Source: Adineta vaga
Taxonomy: Eukaryota; Animalia; Rotifera
Assembly: GCA_021613535.1 (NCBI GenBank)
Contig: CP075493.1
Coordinates: 10,478,001 to 10,542,000, forward strand
Length of the DNA stretch: 64,000 nt
Reading direction: 5' to 3'
The translations under genes and the position numbers were made by a program. Shown piece by piece: positions 38,697-51,651 of this stretch (within the stretch, counting starts at the first letter, position 1; the number at the start of each line of letters is the position of its first letter). The notes below the pieces were generated by a model. That model saw only the letters and a program-made list of their open reading frames with translations. It searched no databases and was not told where the DNA came from.

Positions 38697-39962
38697 ATAT
38701 TTCTCATGACGATATATTCATTAAACAAGGGTATTAAATGAAAATATGTTTTTTTGTATTAAGTGTTTTTACATTCTTTTTAATCACGATGCGTATGCAT
38801 AAAGACAAACGTTACATGCAAATTTTCATAAATTATTCAGATGCAAGATAGCGAAATGTCGAATGAAAAATATCGCACGGGATGTGAAGATTTAAGTGAA
38901 TATATGAGACGTAAGTATAGATGCGGTCTAGGTAAAACAGAGTTACAAATATTCATACGTAAACAGGCAAGATAATCAGAAAGCTCCTTGGCCAGTGAAC
39001 TTGATTCTTGTATTAAAACTTTGTCTAATTATTCAATTGTAAAAGAATATGTGTTTCCTATCATCTGTGAAAACAGCAAACCTACAGCGAATACTTCTAT
39101 CGAAACGATGAATTGGATTTGAGTCACATACGATTATTTCATATTGAGGAATGAGAGCGATTCGTTTCGTTGTGAAATCTATGAAGACAAATGAACAATT
39201 AACCACGTACAAAAATAGTCGCAAACATGCAATTTTTTCGTCACTTGAATTATTTGAGCATTGAGATTAAGAACAATAAATGATCGATGTCTTAATTAGT
39301 ACAATCAACTTTATTTTTGACTATTTGATTCATCTAATTAAATATTATACATGCTTTGCAAGAAATCAATTGTACGATTTTTCAGAGACAGAAACAGCCT
39401 ATTAACTACTATGATTATATATACCATAATGAAACATTATACCGATTAGTTTGATCTCGATGATTTTCATCGAAATTTGCAATTGACTTATCAATAAAGA
39501 CGAATGTATAGTAAAGCTCATCATATTTTTCTCCTCTATATCTGTTTTTTTTGTTCGTAATGAAATGATTATTTTTCAAACGGAAATAAATATTCCTGAA
39601 TGGGCTAATATATTATCATCGATGTCATATATATCTAAACATGACTATATCATTTGTATTCAAGTATCTTCATTCAAATCAACATTAGACATGATTTTTC
39701 TATAGTTAACTGTGTATTCTAGCAACCGTTTATTTCTTCCTTCAATGAAGTACGTGCGTAGAAAGTATGAATAAACGATCTGTGAATGTCAGTTTTTTTC
39801 TCTACTACAATTAAGAAATTGTATGTTAATTTTTGTTCATGGAGAATTCTTTTCTGTGTCATCAAGCGTGCTTTAATTTCTACAAACAATCTATATTATT
39901 CTTTACATTTTCTTTTCATACTCTACACTTTAGCATCAAACGACAAAACCAACTGATAAAAG

Positions 39963-40504
39963 ATGGAAAAGATGTATTTAACATTACTTATATTATCAAT
40001 GATACTTTTGACTGATGCAGCAGTATTTGATCTCTTCCATTGTAGAGCAGCAACATGTCAACAATTTTATTATGTATGTTATATTTACGTCTTGTCTATC
40101 TCTCGAAAATTTTCAATTCTTCTTCTAGGGTTTAAGAAGATATTCTCGTCGAGATGATTACGTCAATGTATGTTATGGTACTGTTAATTCTTTACTACAG
40201 ATAGCACAACAACATGGCAAATGTTATGATGAAGCAAAAACTCAATTCAATTCGGCATGCATTAGTAAGTTTAATTTTGAAAATTAAAACTACTTCTTAA
40301 ATATTTATTTTAGTTGCATTGGCAACAACGATGAGAAACTGTGTACATGGCCTGAAAGATGTACCAGAAAATGAAGCACAATATTTCTGTGGACATAAAC
40401 TTATGCAAAATTGTGCAAAACAAGTGGGATTAGAACGGTTTCCTTTTAAAACAGAGTATCGACCACCAGCTGAACATGATGATGATTATTATGCTGATCA
40501 TTAA
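39963..40504 (+). CDS. Small secreted 8-Cys protein, paralogue C
   Basis: MEKMYLTLLILSMILLTDAAVFDLFHCRAATCQQFYY|GLRRYSRRDDYVNVCYGTVNSLLQIAQQHGKCYDEAKTQFNSACI|IALATTMRNCVHGLKDVPENEAQYFCGHKLMQNCAKQVGLERFPF...; Cys spacing and introns conserved. Confidence 0.85.
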
Positions 40505-40809
40505 ATTTAAACGAAAAACAAATAACTTTTGTATTTATGAGACTTTGAATTGATTTTTTTTTCTCGCAAAAATGAATCATAAAGATAAAGTCAAGCAGAA
40601 AGAAAGATCTTTATTGCTATTTCAATCTCAGAACAATACCATCGAAGTTCAACTTTGTTCTTGTATTCATTAGATCAATTGATTTTCTCAGAATTTATTG
40701 CTAACATATTCTAACGTGGATTGATTGCAACTCTTTCGAGAGGTACAAAAAAAAAGATTCTATATACTAACAAAAAAAAACACCATAGAAAAAGAAACTA
40801 TTTCAATGT

Positions 40810-41616
40810 TCATTGTTCTTTTTTAGTATTTCCTTTGAGTTTATTTGCTTCTGTTGTATAAATTTCTGCAAGACCGAATTCATTATTTAAATAATCAGCT
40901 GTTAATAAACGTTGAGCATCTAAAACTCTTCCTTTCACATCAATTTGTGGACGGCGTTTAACTTCTTTTCCATCTTGAAACAGAACAACAGTTGGTAATT
41001 GTTTGGAAAATGTTGATGTATCAATTTTAAATTTATTCGCTTCAGCTTGATATCGACTAACATCAAATTTAACAAATTTAAATGTTTTCAAATCACCAAA
41101 ACGTGTCGATAGATCAACAAAAACACTGGCAAAATTTTGACATGGTGGAGACCAAGGAGCATGAAAACAAACAAACCATGTTAAACGTGGATCAGCACGA
41201 ATTTCATTATCTAAATTATTAGCACGATAATAGAATATATTTGTTTTACCTGTTGGTTCAGGTGTTGTAAAGAATAGAAAATGAAGAAGACATAACAGAG
41301 CATAGAATATCAATGAAACATAGGATTGTTCACGATAGAATAGTAAACAATTAGCCATTTTTGAATATTTACAAACAGTATCAATGTAATGTAACCATGT
41401 TAAACTTTTTCGTCCTCGTATAGTTATAATTGTTGCTAAAAGTAATAGGACTTGTGTATCTTGAGTTGTAATTTCATTGTTAATGAATACATATGATGAT
41501 AACGATTTTGGAATTGTTTGTTTTAATAGAAGATAAAAAACTGATAGAAAAATATTAACAGAATAATGAGGATGAAGAAGAATACGAAGTTGAGAATATG
41601 ATGTTAGTGTTGACAT
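40810..41616 (-). CDS. TMX2: Thioredoxin-related transmembrane protein 2
   Basis: Intronless 268-aa ORF with TM segments, then a thioredoxin fold: WFVCFHAPWSPPC (SxxC), SKQLPTVVLFQDGKEVKRRP; KKEQ ER-retrieval-type end. Confidence 0.9.
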   Translation of the reverse strand: MSTLTSYSQLRILLHPHYSVNIFLSVFYLLLKQTIPKSLSSYVFINNEITTQDTQVLLLLATIITIRGRKSLTWLHYIDTVCKYSKMANCLLFYREQSYVSLIFYALLCLLHFLFFTTPEPTGKTNIFYYRANNLDNEIRADPRLTWFVCFHAPWSPPCQNFASVFVDLSTRFGDLKTFKFVKFDVSRYQAEANKFKIDTSTFSKQLPTVVLFQDGKEVKRRPQIDVKGRVLDAQRLLTADYLNNEFGLAEIYTTEANKLKGNTKKEQ

Positions 41617-42041
41617 CTAAAATATTTTAACAAGATAATAAATATACTTTCTATTTAGTTTCATGACGTTTAAAAGATCAATATATGCTATTGAATAAAA
41701 CAGAAAAGGTAAAGATAGCCATTATTGTATAACATTTTCGACCAATCATTTTTCAGCAGTGCGGAGCAAGACAAGAGTGTCAGACAGAGGATGTTTTGTT
41801 TATTACCGTATAAAATCGAATTAAACATATTGTATCGATGATAGAATGATCAAGTACAAGTGTATATTGAGAATATATCTTATTCTCAATATAGCAGTCA
41901 GGATTTACATATTTTCTATTTGTCTCTCGCTCTCTCTTATTTATTAAGTTCATATCTTCTTCTTATTTTTCAAGCTATTTTCCATTACTGTTACGCATTC
42001 ATAAAGCAAAAAAAAATAATTCAAAAATGATAAATCGTCTA

Positions 42042-43519
42042 TTAATGTGTAGCACAATTGACTTGTGTTGGTCCACCACGACTACGTGGATCATCATCGT
42101 CATACATTTCATGTCTATTTGCACGTTGCGATTGACGTGGATCAAATTCAGTTAGAAGACATTCTTCTGCATTCGCAGGAACTTGAACTGGTGTACGTGC
42201 TGGTAGAACTTTTTCTAATTTAGCCAAATTTTCTGGACGAAGTTCATTTTTATCCGGAAATTTAACATCGAAATGAAGTACAAGACGACCTTTTTCCAAT
42301 GGATTTCGATAGACGGGCATGCCTTCATTTAAAATGCATTTTATATCTCCTGGTTTGATTACTTCACCTACAAAAATAAGATATCAATAAATACAAATTT
42401 CTTTCGAAGAAAGATTTCTTTGATCTAACCTGGTAATGCAGTAACAACTAATTGTCGATTATCAAGTGTTTTAATTACTTTGTGAAAACCACATAATGCT
42501 TCGGTTAAAGTTATTGACATTTTTATATGTAAATCAGTTTTATCTCGTTTAAATGTTGCATGTTCTTTTTCATCCAAAACAACGACAATATCACCTGCCT
42601 GAAGACCTGGTTCTTGATCACCTTCACCACTAAATGTAATTTTCTTACCATCGTCCATACCTGTAAATATACAAGTGAAATCAAATCTTTCTTTTCAAAG
42701 TGAAAAAATTCAATTTCATTTAACAAACCTTTATCGATATGTACTTCGATAATTTTTCTTTCTCGAACAATTTTCTTTCCGTCACATGTTTTACATTTAT
42801 CTTTAGCATTGATCTTTTCTCCTTGACCATCACAATCGGAACAATGTGAACGAATTTGTTGAATCATGCCTGGTGCAATTTGATTAATACGAACAACAAA
42901 ACCACTTCCACTACAAGTTGTACATTTCGAAACAGCACCTTTCTTTCCTCCACGACCTAAACAAAAGAAAGAAAAAACGATGTCTTCTTACCAATGAAAC
43001 AAATATCATCGTGCATACCTTCACATTTATCGCAAACAACATTTTTTTGTAATGCTAATTTTCTTACTGCACCATTATAAAGTTCTTCTAATGAAACAGC
43101 TAATTGATGAACAAGATTTTTGCCTCGATGTTCTTGCCGTGAACCGAATGGACTTGCACCAGTACCGCCGCCGCCAAAGAACATATTAAAGATATCAAAT
43201 GGATCTGAACCATGAAATCCACCACCACCTCCACCTTCTTTCATTCCTTGTTCACCAACTTGATCATATAATGAACGTTTCTTCTCATCGGATAAAACTT
43301 CATCTAAACAGAATTTTTTTCGAGATCGATTATTTCTTGTAAAATGTAATGTTTAAACTTACAAGCTTGTGATAATTGTTTGAATTGTTCTGGATCATTA
43401 TCAGGATTCTTGTCTGGATGAAGTTTTAAAGCTAATTTACGATATGCTTTCTTAATTTCATCAACAGTGGCACTCGGTTGAACACCAAGAATATCGTAAT
43501 ATTTCATATCTTTCACCAT
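42042..43519 (-). CDS. DNAJA1: DnaJ/Hsp40 subfamily A chaperone
   Basis: J domain with HPD, G/F region, CxxCxGxG zinc repeats, C-terminal CaaX (CATH*). Five exons. Confidence 0.95.
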
Positions 43520-43840
43520 GATGATTTAGATTAAGACGAACAAGAGAGCTTATTGATGAAAGAAAGAGAAAGATAGAATGATCTACAATGGAAAAAAACC
43601 AAACATTTAATAACGTTAAAATAAAAGAATGTTAATGTTATACTAATAATTCAGATCCATACTTTGAAAAGATTTTCTGCGAATAAAAAACGACTATAGA
43701 GAAAAAATGAAATGTTTTAATGTACGTCACGAAGAGAAACGAAGCTAAGCATTAATCTGACAACACAACGAGAAGAAAAAGAATAATACTGTGAAATTGA
43801 GCACCGATACTATATGTAGAGAAAACATTTGTTAATTGAC

Positions 43841-46800
43841 TTATTTTTGTTCTGGATTTGTAAGTAAACCATCGAAACCATTGAATGTTCGTGTCATCAA
43901 TTGAATATGTTGTTTTACTTTTGACCAATATAATTTCGATGCATCACCTATTTCTGTTGGAGGCTCTTTAGTAATACCAAAAAGAAGATTTGATAACATT
44001 GGCAATGGTACAACTGTATTTGTCAAACCAAATGCTGGCCCGATAAAAACATGTCTAGAAAGAAGATTTCTTTAGATTTTACAAAGAAATATTTAAATCA
44101 CTATTACTTGTATGTTTCATCGATGATAAATAAACGTTCAAAATCAATCAATTTATTATTTAAAATTTGAAGATCCATATACCTATTGATTAAAGGAAAT
44201 CGATATTTTTATTTATGTGAAAAATTTATCTTCATACTTATTCTCTGCGACTTGATCAATACGTAATTGTATTTGTCGTATCGATTTTATTAGATCGTTG
44301 ATTAATTTCGCCATTTCAGCTAAATTTTGTCAAAAAGTTTTTTTTCTTCTTCTCTATTTTCACAACTTCTAATCGTGTTCTTACTTGAATCACCAAGATG
44401 AGATGCTAACGCATGATATTCTTTCTCATAATGTATTAAATAATTAGCTGTTTGTTTCTCAATTAACTTCGCATAATCTGTTACATTAAATGGAATCAAT
44501 GGTTCATCAACTAACTGACGAATGATTTCCGATACAAATTGTGTATAAGCAACGATGATCTACAATCAAAGCAAACACATTTAACGAGAGCACAAACGAA
44601 TGATACGACAAACTTCTGGCTGAATATCATTATTGAAAAGAGGCGGTGAATTTCGTACGTAGAAAGTATCGTTTGTCAATGTCTAAAAACAAAGTATAAG
44701 ATAAATTTTTACAACATATGTATTGACATAACTGTTTTTGTAAAACAGTACAAATGATATTGAAAATGACACTTGAAGATGTGTAGATATACGAAGTGTT
44801 CTAATAATAGGGAGAAAACATGGTGTGTGCAATGAAGCAATTGATTGAAAATTGATGTAGACAATGAAAGAATGTAAGTTAGTCAGGAAGGACATGTAAA
44901 AGCGTTAATATAACTGATGCATATCAAGAAGAAAAAACCAAATTTATGTTATTTTATCATCTTGTCTCATCACACTGTTTTAGTTATGATTGAGAAGAAG
45001 ACGAAGAAAAAACGAATGTAATACTCCTTCTTTTTAACCTTACCGAAATATTAAATGAAAACATTTATGTAATGAGTAAATAGCAATGTCTGAATTGAAA
45101 TTAGTGCATATATATATATGTATTTTCTTTTTTTTTCAATAACTCAATTTTGATTGATTTCTTTCTTTCTTTCTCTTTTTGTTTCTAAAGATAAAAACAT
45201 GTATTCTATCATACCTCTTCATTTGTCATTTCAATAAGTAGAGATGGAATTCCATATTTTAATTGAAATAATGCTGCTGATGAATCGGCATCGATCATTT
45301 GAACAATATTCGATGTTTGATTTAAATTGATTCGATTTTTACTCGCTCGTAACCATTCATCAAATAATTTATGTGGTTCACATTGAGTATCTTCTTCTGG
45401 TTGATTCATTTTCATTTGATGTCCATGACTTTCATCATGTCTCTTTCGTCGTCGATGAACATGTTCATGAGACATAGGCATTGCTGTTGTTGCTGATCCT
45501 TGACGATGATGACAAGCATGATCATGAACAAGTGGACTTACAACAGAATCAGCAGCACGTTGTGCTACTTGTTGAAATAAGGGTGAACCATGAAGATTAA
45601 GAGTTGAATTTCCACTGAACCATTTCCCAGATCAATGTATGCAACTAAATTTTGATTAAGTAAACGATAATTATTCGAAATCCATTGTCGAACTATTAAT
45701 CAAAGAGAAAAATGTTCTTTTTTTTTGATTGCAACACTTTCAAGTCTTACTTGTGTAATGATCATAGGATAAACCAGACCAAGCACAGAATAGAATTGAA
45801 CGTCTAAAGACAAAGTTTATCAATAAGATTTTCGTATTTAAATATTTGTAAAATTTTTCTCGTTTGAAAATGCTGAAATATTATTAGATGTGTACTTTTA
45901 ATTAACTATAGCAATCTAACTATCAATCAAATAAGTTTTCAAAATATTAACCTCGGTTGCCAACCATTTTTTATCTGATTTCCATATACTCGAATAATTT
46001 CATTGATAATTTTCTCTTGCTGTTTTCTACCTAATTGATATCCAATCAGAACAAATCGATCACTATCAATTGTTCCACGAATATAACCAAGTACGACTGG
46101 TAAATGTACTGGTACTTCTTGCATAAATGTTGTCATCTGAAGTTTACTCTTTTGAAGTAAACCACCTAATTTAAGAGTTGAATCTGTTCGATGCCATTCT
46201 GTTGGACATGGAAACCAATCATTTGAGTCGAATGAAAATATACTTTGAACATCGGTATATGAAAGAATTAGAACAGGAATGGGACGATCGTCTTCATTGA
46301 GATTACCGTCTAAAAATTGTTGTCGTTCTAAATATAAAATTGTCATTGAATTCTTTTCAATGACATTATTCTGTTTACCTTTTCCTGATGAACGTCTTTC
46401 CCATTCTTCTAGAAATGTTAGTTGATCTTTTGTTGTTGTTGTTGTTGTTGTGAGTTGTGGTTCTTTTTCTTCGTCATCAAATAAAACTAAACCTGAATAT
46501 CCATAACGACTTGCTTGACGAATTTGTTCTGTTTGAGAAATAACGGTTGATTTTCTTCGCATAAATACAATTGTTTTATCGTTGTTTTCGAACTGAATTT
46601 GATTTTTATGAATTAAATAAGCAAAATCTTCTTGTCGACCATAATTAGCATAATAGATGTAGTTTGGGTTGATTCGTCCGGATTTAATCAATGATGAAAA
46701 TGTTAAATAATCTTTCGTTGATAAAACATTATATTTCTTGATTTCTTTGTCTGTTCCACTCTCAAAAAGTTGAACGCCACTCCATTGTGGTGAAAATGAA

Positions 46801-47332
46801 TAGGATGAAAGAGTTAAATCATAAGAAAGTTTATTAACACGTGTAAATACTTTTGAAGATTGCCAAAGTTGTTCTAATTGATTTGCAGCATCTGATTCCG
46901 ATTCAGTTTTACTGAAAAAGAAAAGAAAATCCATGATATAAACATAAATAAAGCGAAATTTTACTATGTCAAATTCATAAAATTTGTTTTTGTAAATGAT
47001 TGTAATAGTTTTGTTTTTATTGACAGATCAATTTTTGTTAGATGAGGTGAAATTAATGATGGTGAATGTTCTGCATCTTGAGACGTTCGATAGATTATGA
47101 TGGCAACTCCACTGAAACATCCAATGACAAATGCAATTAAAGTTAATACAAAGAAAAGTATCGAATGAGAATTGTTTGCACGGCGACGTTGATAAGTTTT
47201 CGGACGTTTTTGAACGACCGGAAATTGATCATGTTCATTTGTAGAAGAACGATGATCATGATCATCATGATCATCCTCATCAGCAGATGCAAGGAGAAGA
47301 GCAGCTTTTTCTTCAGTACCCAATTGACGCAT
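43841..47332 (-). CDS. M28B family (NAALADase/PSMA/transferrin-receptor-like) type II membrane protein, probably non-catalytic
   Basis: N-terminal TM; PA-domain YANYGRQEDF; GYIRGTIDSDRFVLIG; GWQPR|RSILFCAW; VAYIDL; LVDEPLIPFNVTDYA; LIDFERLFI; RHVFIGP (TfR-dimer-like). Confidence 0.8.
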
Positions 47333-47996
47333 GTTCGAACTTTTCGTCAATATATAATGACGAAGCAAATAATAAAATTACAAATAACAAAAACAACAAA
47401 ATACGTAGGAGAGGAGAATATGTTATGTTGCTCAGACACATAGTTTTTTTATTTACGACGGATTGAGATTTTCAAATTAATTTTATTAGATGTTGATTTT
47501 TAGAAGAAAAATTTTATTTATAGATAATTGAATTTATACTGATTTTAAAGGAAAAATAAGAAGAGTAGTTATTAAACGTATGAATTTGGTATAGATGTCA
47601 CTAACAGTCAGAGGGAATGTGTTTGTTTTCAATTGACACGCTTTTTATCATGCAAAATGATATTTGAAATTGAAATAGTGAAAGGGAATCTTTTCTTTTT
47701 TGGATTGATATTTTATAGATGTACTTCCTATTAAAACTTGAAAAGATCATGATCTGATGATATAGTGTTAATAATGAATAAACTGTATTTTTTTGCATTT
47801 ATTTCAAAGAAACAAAAAAGAGTATACGAGCAAAAATATTCCATCACAAAATAATTATAAGCTGATAACAGCAATATCTATCGATTAATTTTGCAATAAA
47901 ACATGGGCAACAATAGAAGAATGAAAAAAGTGTATATGGTGTGGTGCTCTTTAGTTTTCAAAATCGAAAAATAAATTTAAGAAAAAGAAAACAATT

Positions 47997-48069
47997 TGGA
48001 GAAGTTGGGCATCGATCCCAATACCTCTCGCATGCTAAGCGAGCGCTCTACCATATGAGCTACATCCCC
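47997..48069 (-). tRNA. tRNA-Ala(AGC)
   Basis: GGGGATGTAGCTCATATGGTAGAGCGCTCGCTTAGCATGCGAGAGGTATTGGGATCGATGCCCAACTTCTCCA: cloverleaf, anticodon AGC, G3:U70 pair, downstream T-run. Confidence 0.95.
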
Positions 48070-48502
48070 ATGTTAATCATTACATCATCTGACATTTTTC
48101 TTTTCGATAGCAATTATATAATGCTTGAAAAGAGAACGTGAGTCATACAAAATACGATTTTGAAAAAGCACCTGTAAACGTTATTGTTACTCATATATGG
48201 CATACTTTCAAGATCATGCATTCACATTCGAATTAGGCAGTTCGTGAACTTAGAATATAAAAATCACAATACTTCACAATACATTCCGAATTAAATTTTC
48301 TTCCGTTTCATCACTTCTTATTAAGTGTTATAATATTTCATATCCCGGAAATTAGAAGCACTCAAATACGATGAATCAATAAATAGAAAAGATTAAAACA
48401 GAAACGTAAAATGTTTATCTTGATTTTATTTTTATTTGACTTTTAATATGTACGTATGAATGTATGTATGTATGTATATATAATTAAATAAATAAATATT
48501 AT

Positions 48503-51500
48503 TTACATTTGTATAAGTCGCTCCGCTTCGGAAGGTATAGTTGATGATTCAGACGTTGAAGTATCACTAACACCCAAACCAACATCTTCATCTTCTTCAA
48601 CTTCTTCTTCACCTGAACTAAACATTTTTGATGTTAAATCCGAGATTTGATCAAGTTCAGGTCCACTTTCATTATTAACATTATTATTATTATTATTGTT
48701 ATTTGTATTTGTATGATCATCATTAAAACTTTGTTGATCACGTGTTGTTGTGCCTGTCATATCAATTGTTTGAGGTACATTCAAGGATGGTAAACTATTA
48801 TATAAAGTCATACGTTTTCGTTGTTGATGCTGTAATGATGAAGATGTTGAAATTGATTCAGCATCACATATTGTCGATGAAGAACTAGGTGAATGTGTTG
48901 TAATATCACATGTTGGACTTCGATTGTGTTGAAGTTTTGAAAGTGCTGCTGCATCATTAAGAACAGTAGGAGTAACAAAAAGTGATTTCGGTCGTAATTT
49001 ATTTGTTGGAACAATAGGTGAAACATGTGCACAAGTTGTTGCTGGTTGAGATGGTGGCGGTGGTCCAGCAGCTTTATGAGGAGTTTCGAAAAAGAATGAA
49101 CAAGAATTCACAACAGATGGATTAGTTTTTGTTGGAGTTATATGTGTTTGATGAAATGTAGTATGACTAAAAGAGACATGGAGAATAGTTTTTTCAATTA
49201 AATATATTGTATGTTTTCATAGAAATGAGATTTTTACTCGTAATTCAAATGAAAGAAAAGTTGACGAGTACAGATATGTATTCTCTGTTCTTCAAGATTA
49301 TTTACCTAGTTGATACGCCTTGATATTGTTGATCAACAATAATATTATTTAAAAATCGTTTAATTGTCTCTTCTGATGATCTTTTATCCAAATCAAATAG
49401 AAGATATTTTGCTGATTGTTTTAAATCACTAAAAAAGAAATTTGATTTACTTATTTATTTATCTATCTTTATACCTATAGTGTTGTTTATAGGATGATAA
49501 TTGTTGTTTTTGTTCTGTATAGGAAGTTTCTAATGAATGATTTCGATTGAGAACAGTAGCAAAATCATCATAAACATGATATAATTTTTGTTTTAATAAC
49601 AAAATTTCTTCACGAAGAAGAAAACGATTATCAGTTGCTACCCATTTTGTCTGTTCTGTAAGTGAACGTAGATCCTTTCAATAGACGACAACAAAAAACT
49701 AGTGTATGACTTTCTTAATTTCAATAAAAACTTTTACTTGTTGAGTCCATCGTTGTATCAGTCGAATATTATTTCGTTCTAAATTATCAATTTTTTCTTG
49801 TAATAAATCACAATGTGTACGAAGTTCTTGATTCTGTATTATTAATTGAGAACATTGAAGATGATTTGTATCGAATTTCTTTTGTATATGAGTATCTATA
49901 TTTAATAAAGAAATTCAATTATTTATTTTAAAGTAAAACAAAAAAAAACGATGACCTACATTGATCATCATTACGGTGATTATCAAATTCACGTATGAGA
50001 ACATTCGTTGATTGTAATTGTCTAATTAAAATTTCATGAATAAAGAAAAATCAGTTATATAAACAATTACTTTCGAAGTTCAAACATCTCATTTCTTAAT
50101 GGCTCTAATGATAATTGAAATTGAATATCATCATTTGCATAAGATAATGCTGATGAGAGTGAACTTTCCAATTCATCCCATAGATGATAACATTCAACAT
50201 CTAAATATATGTGTCATATAAAAATGAAGTGTCATCGAATAAAATGATTTACCATTGACATTATTAGTAATTCTTGCTCGAATTTGTTTTGAAATTGTTC
50301 GAATACGTGTCAGATGAGTAACAAATTGATCAATAATGCAACGTGTTTGTTGTTTATGCATGAAATTACCAGACGGTAAATCTCCACAAGATGAACTTCG
50401 TACAAGATCTTGCCGATCGTGAATACGTCGACGACGTCGAATCGGTGAACTGGGAGATTTCTGCCGAAATTTATTATTTATTGAAGGAGAAGTTTTTATC
50501 GGAGATGTATGACGTTGATGAACAAGTTGCGTTGGAGATGGAGAACGTGTTTGATGTTTACGAGATTTATTTGGACTCAAACGAGTTTTTAATAGTGATT
50601 GATCCTTAAAAAATATAATTCAAATTTGGAATATGAAATCGATATCAACTAACCTCTGTAGGTGGTACACCTGTTGATGATAATAAAGATTTCGTTGGTG
50701 AATATGATGATCGACGTTCTCCAATGTCAGTACTATTAGTAATATCTAAAGAATAGAATGGAAAAAGATCGTTGATAGTATTCGAAAAGAAATGGAATAT
50801 ACTTGTTTTAATGAAAGACGATTTTGTAAGAACTGGTTTAATAGTTGATTTTTTCAATCGAGTATTTGTTTGTATTTGTTGCTGTTGATTTTTGCGATTT
50901 ATTTCACCAATAATAGATGATTTTGAATTTCGACGTGATTCTTTAGTTTATCAGAATTTTTTTATTGCTTGTTCATAGGGAAAAAGAGAGAGAAAGATTT
51001 GCTTATCTTACCTTGAACACTTAGAATATTACGTAAGAGTTCGGCACATTTATCAAATTCTTTATTAGTTTGATAAACTAATGTTCTTGACATAGACGAT
51101 TTGACTAGAGTGTTTGTTGGAATAGATTGATATTGTTGTTGAACAAGTACGGTGTCGTTCTATAAAAAGAAAATTTCTTAGTTTTTATTCACTTTTATAA
51201 GAGAATCGTTCAAACGAATAATCTTTGAAATCTACGGAAATTATTATCTTAATTTTTTTGAGTTGTCATTATCAATAATAACTTGAAAAATAACATATCT
51301 GACTAGGTATAACTAACGATGAATAAGATGCAAAGATAATATTTATTTATTATTCGAATATCTTTGAGAATGTATGTTTACTCGCGTAAATTTTCATAGA
51401 CAGAAAGAAAAGTAATCCTTCAAAATGCATTCGTAAAAGGGAAAAAATAAGTAAAAAGTATGAAAGAAGAGAAAAAAAGAAATCAACGAAGAATTTTATT

Positions 51501-51651
51501 GTTGCCTTGCAACGCGTAGGGAAAATCGAGGCAACAACGTACTCCTAATTAGATATCGAACTTCTCGTTTCTTTCATACAGAATTGAGTATGTCTATGTT
51601 ATTCGAGAGAAAATATCGGAAAAAGAAAAGAAAAGAGCTTACCTTCATCAT
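48503..51651 (-). CDS. Uncharacterised multi-exon protein, central coiled coil with Ser/Pro-rich disordered flanks
   Basis: Chain of GT-AG exons from MMK|NDTVLVQQQY through CSQLIIQNQELRTHCDYLQEKIDNLERNN...LLREEILLLKQKL to EAERLIQM*. No family recognised; start codon tentative. Confidence 0.6.

Noticed and set aside
40810-41616. TMX2 as a retrocopy because it is intronless
   Set aside because: No polyA remnant or TSD, intact ORF in a housekeeping cluster; intron loss is equally plausible.
47941-48141. 66-aa ORF
   Set aside because: Antisense overlap with tRNA-Ala.
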